This document shows positions 32,581 to 36,161 of a DNA stretch of 36,161 bases, in pieces. The notes below the pieces were generated by a model. It was not told where the DNA came from and did not search any database. It saw only the letters and a program-made list of their open reading frames with translations. The translations under genes and the position numbers were made by a program. The stretch lies in NCBI GenBank assembly GCA_035261025.1, contig DATFUG010000137.1:1-36161 (forward strand), read 5' to 3'. Position 1 is the first letter of the stretch; each line of letters starts with the position of its first letter. The DNA is from Steroidobacteraceae bacterium (lineage in GTDB: Bacteria > Pseudomonadota > Gammaproteobacteria > Steroidobacterales > Steroidobacteraceae).

Positions 32581-34758
32581 GTGAGATTCCTCTTCGCTGC
32601 GACGCTGCTCGGCGTTTCCTCCCTGCTGGCGGCTCAGAGCGGTACGGAACCGGCTCTCACGGCGCCGATCCTGGGCTTCTCGCCCGCGCACGTTGCAGCG
32701 GAACGGCGCATCGAGAAGGCATTCCAGTCCATGCCCTCCCCCGCGCGGGCGCGGGAATGGCATCGCATTTTCTCCGCGCAGCCGCATCCGGCCGCCTCCG
32801 CGCGCAACAACGAGCTGGCGCAGATCGTGGCGCGCGCGTGGCGCAAACAAGGATGGGAAGAAGTCAGGCTGCGGCGCTATGAGGTCCTGCACTCGAGCCC
32901 GCGCAGCATATCCCTGGAAATGACGGCGCCCCGGCACTATCAGGCTTTGCTGCGGGAGGCGGCGTATGAGATCGATCCTGCCACCCGCAATCCGGCCAAC
33001 GCCCGCTCGTACTTCGGCTACTCCGCTTCCGGCGATGTCACGGCCGAGCTCGTGTACGCGCACAGCGGGAATCGGGAAGACTACGAGGTGCTGCGGCACA
33101 ACGGCATCAGCGTCAAGGGCAAGGTCGTCATCGTTCGTTACTCCAACCCCTACAGCTACCGCGGCTTCAAGGCGCTGACCGCTGAACGGGAAGGCGCCGC
33201 GGCGCTGCTCATCTATTCCGACCCGGCCGAGGACGGCTACACCCGGGGCAAGGTTTTCCCGGACGGCCCCTGGGGCCCCGAGACTCACATCCAGCACGGC
33301 GCGATCACCTACGACTACATCGTGCCGGGCGATCCGACGACTCCAGGCTGGGCGTCGCTTCCCGGTGCCCGGCGCATACCGCGCTCAGAGGCGCGCTCGC
33401 TGCCGAAGATAATCGCCCTGCCCCTGTCCTGGCATGACGCGAAGCCACTGCTCGAGAGCATGGATGGCCCGGAGGTCGCGCCGGAATGGCGCGGCGCGCT
33501 CCCGATCACCTATCGCTACGGCGGCGGTGTCTCAGTGCACGTGCACGTGGACATGGACACGAGCATCAAGCCGTACACGGTCGTCGAGGCGCGCATCCGC
33601 GGCAGCGAACTGCCCGATGAGTGGGTGCTCATCGGCAATCACCGCGATGCCTGGGTGGATGGCGGCGTCGATCCGGTCAGCGGCACGGCCGCGATGCTGG
33701 AGCTGACGCGCTCGCTCGGGCGGCTCAAGCACGACGGCCACCGGCCGCGGCGGACGCTGGTGGCCTGCAGCTGGGATGGCGAAGAGTACGCGCTCACCGG
33801 GTCGACAGAATGGGGCGAGCAATTCGAGGATCAGCTGCAGCACAAGCTCATCGCCTACCTGAACGTCGATGAAGCGGTCGCCGGAGCCGCCGCCACGGCC
33901 GGTCCCGAGGGCCTGCGTTTCGATTCTTCCGCAGTGGCCTCGCTGGCGCCGATGCTCATCGAGGCGTCCAAGGACGTGCGCGTGCCTTCAGGGAAATCGC
34001 TGTACGAAGCCTGGCGCGTGACGACGGTGCGCGACAAAAAGCGCAGTGAGCCGCCGGCGGATGCCGAACTCGCCAATCCGCGCATCGGCAGCGGTTCCGA
34101 TCACACCGTGTTCCTCAACCACCTGGGCCGTCCCGTCATCAACCTGGGATTCGTCGGTGACTACGGGGTGTACCACAGCAGCTACGATGATCACTTCTGG
34201 ATGACGCAGTTCGGCGACCCGGGGTTCCAGTACCACGTCGCGCTGACGCAAATCTGGGGACTCACCGCGCTGCGATTGGCCAATGCCGACCTGTTGCCCT
34301 ACGATTTCGGGGCGAACGCCGCAGCTCTCGAGACTTTCCTGCTCGAACTCGAGCACAACAGCAAGATCGACCCACAGCAGCTGCCGCTCTCAAACCTGCA
34401 CCAGCGCATCGCCGAATTCCAGGCGGCAGGCCAGAGCTTACGTGAACGCACGGCCAACGATCTGGCCGCAGGTCATGGCAACGCGCGTCGGCTGCGCAAC
34501 CTGAACGCGCAACTCATGGGCGTGGAGTCCAACTGGCTGGATCCCGGCGGCATTCCCGGGCGTCCATGGTTCCGCCACCTTCTTTATGCGGCCCGCTACA
34601 ACTACGATCACCTGGAGTTTCCGGGCCTCACCGAAGCGGTCGAACAATCGGACTGGAAGCTCGCCGCGGATCAGGCCCAGCGGCTCGAGGCAGCCCTGGT
34701 GAAAAATACGCAACTGCTGCGCGCCGCCCAATTGGCGTGGGAAAGCGAGAGCCATTGA
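32581..34758 (+). CDS. M28 metallopeptidase with PA and transferrin-receptor-like dimerisation domains (glutamate carboxypeptidase II / PSMA-like), secreted
   Basis: Track ORF of 725 aa with a GTG start and signal MRFLFAATLLGVSSLLAAQSG. The metal/catalytic motifs are GNHRDAWV, SWDGEEYALTGS, GSGSDHTVF and GVYHSSYDD. The C-terminal helical region is typical of TFR_dimer. Confidence 0.8.
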   Translation: MRFLFAATLLGVSSLLAAQSGTEPALTAPILGFSPAHVAAERRIEKAFQSMPSPARAREWHRIFSAQPHPAASARNNELAQIVARAWRKQGWEEVRLRRYEVLHSSPRSISLEMTAPRHYQALLREAAYEIDPATRNPANARSYFGYSASGDVTAELVYAHSGNREDYEVLRHNGISVKGKVVIVRYSNPYSYRGFKALTAEREGAAALLIYSDPAEDGYTRGKVFPDGPWGPETHIQHGAITYDYIVPGDPTTPGWASLPGARRIPRSEARSLPKIIALPLSWHDAKPLLESMDGPEVAPEWRGALPITYRYGGGVSVHVHVDMDTSIKPYTVVEARIRGSELPDEWVLIGNHRDAWVDGGVDPVSGTAAMLELTRSLGRLKHDGHRPRRTLVACSWDGEEYALTGSTEWGEQFEDQLQHKLIAYLNVDEAVAGAAATAGPEGLRFDSSAVASLAPMLIEASKDVRVPSGKSLYEAWRVTTVRDKKRSEPPADAELANPRIGSGSDHTVFLNHLGRPVINLGFVGDYGVYHSSYDDHFWMTQFGDPGFQYHVALTQIWGLTALRLANADLLPYDFGANAAALETFLLELEHNSKIDPQQLPLSNLHQRIAEFQAAGQSLRERTANDLAAGHGNARRLRNLNAQLMGVESNWLDPGGIPGRPWFRHLLYAARYNYDHLEFPGLTEAVEQSDWKLAADQAQRLEAALVKNTQLLRAAQLAWESESH

Positions 34759-36161
34759 GACGTGAAATAGCGGGCGTGTTGTGGGCCCTCTCGCTCCTGG
34801 CCGGCACCTCGGAAGCCGCGCCGCCGGAATCCAACCTGGGTGACTACGTCGGCACCTATCTCGATCAGCCCGGTCGAATATTTGAAATCGTCGCGGGCGA
34901 TGAGCTCTTTGCGGTACAGGATGAAGCCAAGTATCGGCTGCAACCGTCGGGCGTGGACGAATTCGTGAATGCGGGGGGCGAGAAGGTCTCCTTTCGGCGC
35001 AGCCCGACAGGCCAGGTCCTGGGATTCACTGTCGAGGGCGAATTTCACGCCCGCCAGTCGACCGAGGTGACCGCGGCGTCGGCCGCCCTGGCCCGACCGC
35101 GGCCTCCAGGTGAGGATCGGCCTGCGGATTATCAGTATCACGCGCCTGCGGATCTACACGACGGCATCCCCGTGGGGGACATCGCCAAGTCAGACGTCGA
35201 CTCCGCCCTCGCCGCTACCATCGTGCGTCGCGTGCTCGACGGCACGTACCGGGATGTGCACGGCGTTCTCCTCTACCAGCACGGACGGCTGGTCATGGAG
35301 GAATATTTCTACGGGTACGGGATCGGGCGCCCGCACCAGCTCCGATCGGCGACGAAGTCCGTGGTAAGCGTCCTCGCTGGCATCGCCGTCGATGCAGGGG
35401 CCATTCCGGGCGTCGGCGCCCGCGTACTGCCGTCGATGAAGTACACCAGCTACGCCAATCCCGATCCGCGAAAAGCGGCAATGACACTGGGACATTTTTT
35501 GTCCATGAGTTCCGGGCTGGACTGCAACGACCACAGTTCCACATCCCCCGGCCGGGAAACCGTAGTGGATAACGCGCCCGACTGGGTCAAGGCCACGCTG
35601 GATCTGCCGATGATTAACAACCCCGGAAGCAGCGGCTTGTACTGCTCCGGCGGCGTCGCGGTGGTAGGCCGGATGGTGGAGAACGCCACGCATATGTACC
35701 TGCCGGATTTTGCGCAGGCCCGGCTCTTTGGTCCGCTGGGCATCGCACGGACCGACTGGATCTGGGACTACACCCTTACCAACGCTGACAAGCAGTACTC
35801 ACAGATCTACCTGCGGCCGCGTGACATGCTCAAGCTCGGCATTCTTTTTCTCGACGGCGGTCGGTGGCGGGGCCGGCGCGTGATCTCCGCCGATTGGGTG
35901 CGCGCGTCCCTGTCGGATCAGAGCCGCGTCGACGACACGGCTTATGGATACTTCTGGTGGCGCCCGTGGTTGAACGTGGAGATGCCCGGCGGAGCGCAGC
36001 ACGTCGACCTGAATGCTGCGCAGGGCAATGGCGGGCAGAAGATCTACGTAGTACCGCAATATGATCTGGTGGCGGTCTTCACCGGGGGCGACTACAACTC
36101 GGCGGGTTCTCCTCCAAATAAAATTATGGCGACAATAATCCTGCCGGCTCTGATTTCGGCC
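34755..36161 (+). CDS. Beta-lactamase-fold serine hydrolase (class C/PBP-like family); 3' end beyond the window
   Basis: Absent from the track because it is open-ended. TTG at 34755 overlaps the M28 stop as TTGA; an alternative GTG lies at 34776. My translation is MRREIAGVLWALSLLAGTSEAAPP... (a signal peptide), then ...HGVLLYQHGRLVMEEYFYGYGIGRPHQLRSATKSVVS (an SxxK motif). The frame is open through nt 36161 (469 codons). Confidence 0.75.
   Translation, partial: MRREIAGVLWALSLLAGTSEAAPPESNLGDYVGTYLDQPGRIFEIVAGDELFAVQDEAKYRLQPSGVDEFVNAGGEKVSFRRSPTGQVLGFTVEGEFHARQSTEVTAASAALARPRPPGEDRPADYQYHAPADLHDGIPVGDIAKSDVDSALAATIVRRVLDGTYRDVHGVLLYQHGRLVMEEYFYGYGIGRPHQLRSATKSVVSVLAGIAVDAGAIPGVGARVLPSMKYTSYANPDPRKAAMTLGHFLSMSSGLDCNDHSSTSPGRETVVDNAPDWVKATLDLPMINNPGSSGLYCSGGVAVVGRMVENATHMYLPDFAQARLFGPLGIARTDWIWDYTLTNADKQYSQIYLRPRDMLKLGILFLDGGRWRGRRVISADWVRASLSDQSRVDDTAYGYFWWRPWLNVEMPGGAQHVDLNAAQGNGGQKIYVVPQYDLVAVFTGGDYNSAGSPPNKIMATIILPALISA

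Noticed and set aside
1-36161. Searched by eye for CRISPR repeats, tRNA/rRNA genes, IS elements, integrases and long repeats.
   Set aside because: None found. Intergenic spaces are nearly all under 110 bp (longest about 280 bp, 14584-14863), and the only repeats seen are the short regulatory ones listed as features.

Overview
Densely coding, high-GC segment (about 65-73% G+C in hand-counted 60-nt lines) that looks like a Gram-negative chromosome, possibly a Xanthomonadales/Nevskiales-like gammaproteobacterium; that guess rests only on gene content. I saw no rRNA, tRNA, CRISPR array, transposase or integrase. All family calls come from motifs I recognised in the translations; no database search was possible.

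Layout, left to right:
(1) 1-2202: a partial MalK-type ABC ATPase, divergent from a GH1 beta-glucosidase.
(2) 2189-14695, minus strand: a very compact glycan-uptake unit. Order is LacI repressor, TonB-dependent receptor, intrinsic terminator, flavin-dependent halogenase-like protein, GH144-like glucanase, sugar-binding lipoprotein, two ABC permeases, DUF2961/GH172-like protein, JmjC/cupin oxygenase-like protein. It has a recognisable sigma70 promoter and palindromic LacI-type operators, and the operator recurs in the ATPase/GH1 divergent promoter.
(3) 14864-24370: GH39, a small secreted protein, GH31, a lower-GC gene pair (DsbA-like thioredoxin plus a 942-aa lipoprotein combining an S1 serine protease with a TonB C-terminal domain), and GH15.
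(4) 24413-28254: a secreted alkaline-phosphatase-superfamily protein, followed by a thiolase-superfamily pair. The first is an HMG-CoA-synthase/PhlA-like domain that appears to have lost its Glu/Cys/His catalytic residues and is fused to a cysteine-less DUF35 OB-fold. The second is an intact SCP2-type thiolase.
(5) 28276-32492, minus strand: aminotransferase, P5C-dehydrogenase-like aldehyde dehydrogenase, aminotransferase.
(6) 32581-36161: a PSMA/glutamate-carboxypeptidase-II-like M28 peptidase translationally coupled to a beta-lactamase-fold serine hydrolase, which is cut by the window edge.

Best candidates for undescribed biology:
- the halogenase-like and JmjC-like redox enzymes hard-wired into the TBDT/ABC glycan operon;
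- the DsbA-like plus S1-protease-TonB_C lipoprotein pair;
- the two-gene PhlACB-like or archaeal thiolase/HMGCS/DUF35-like complex with a catalytically dead scaffold.
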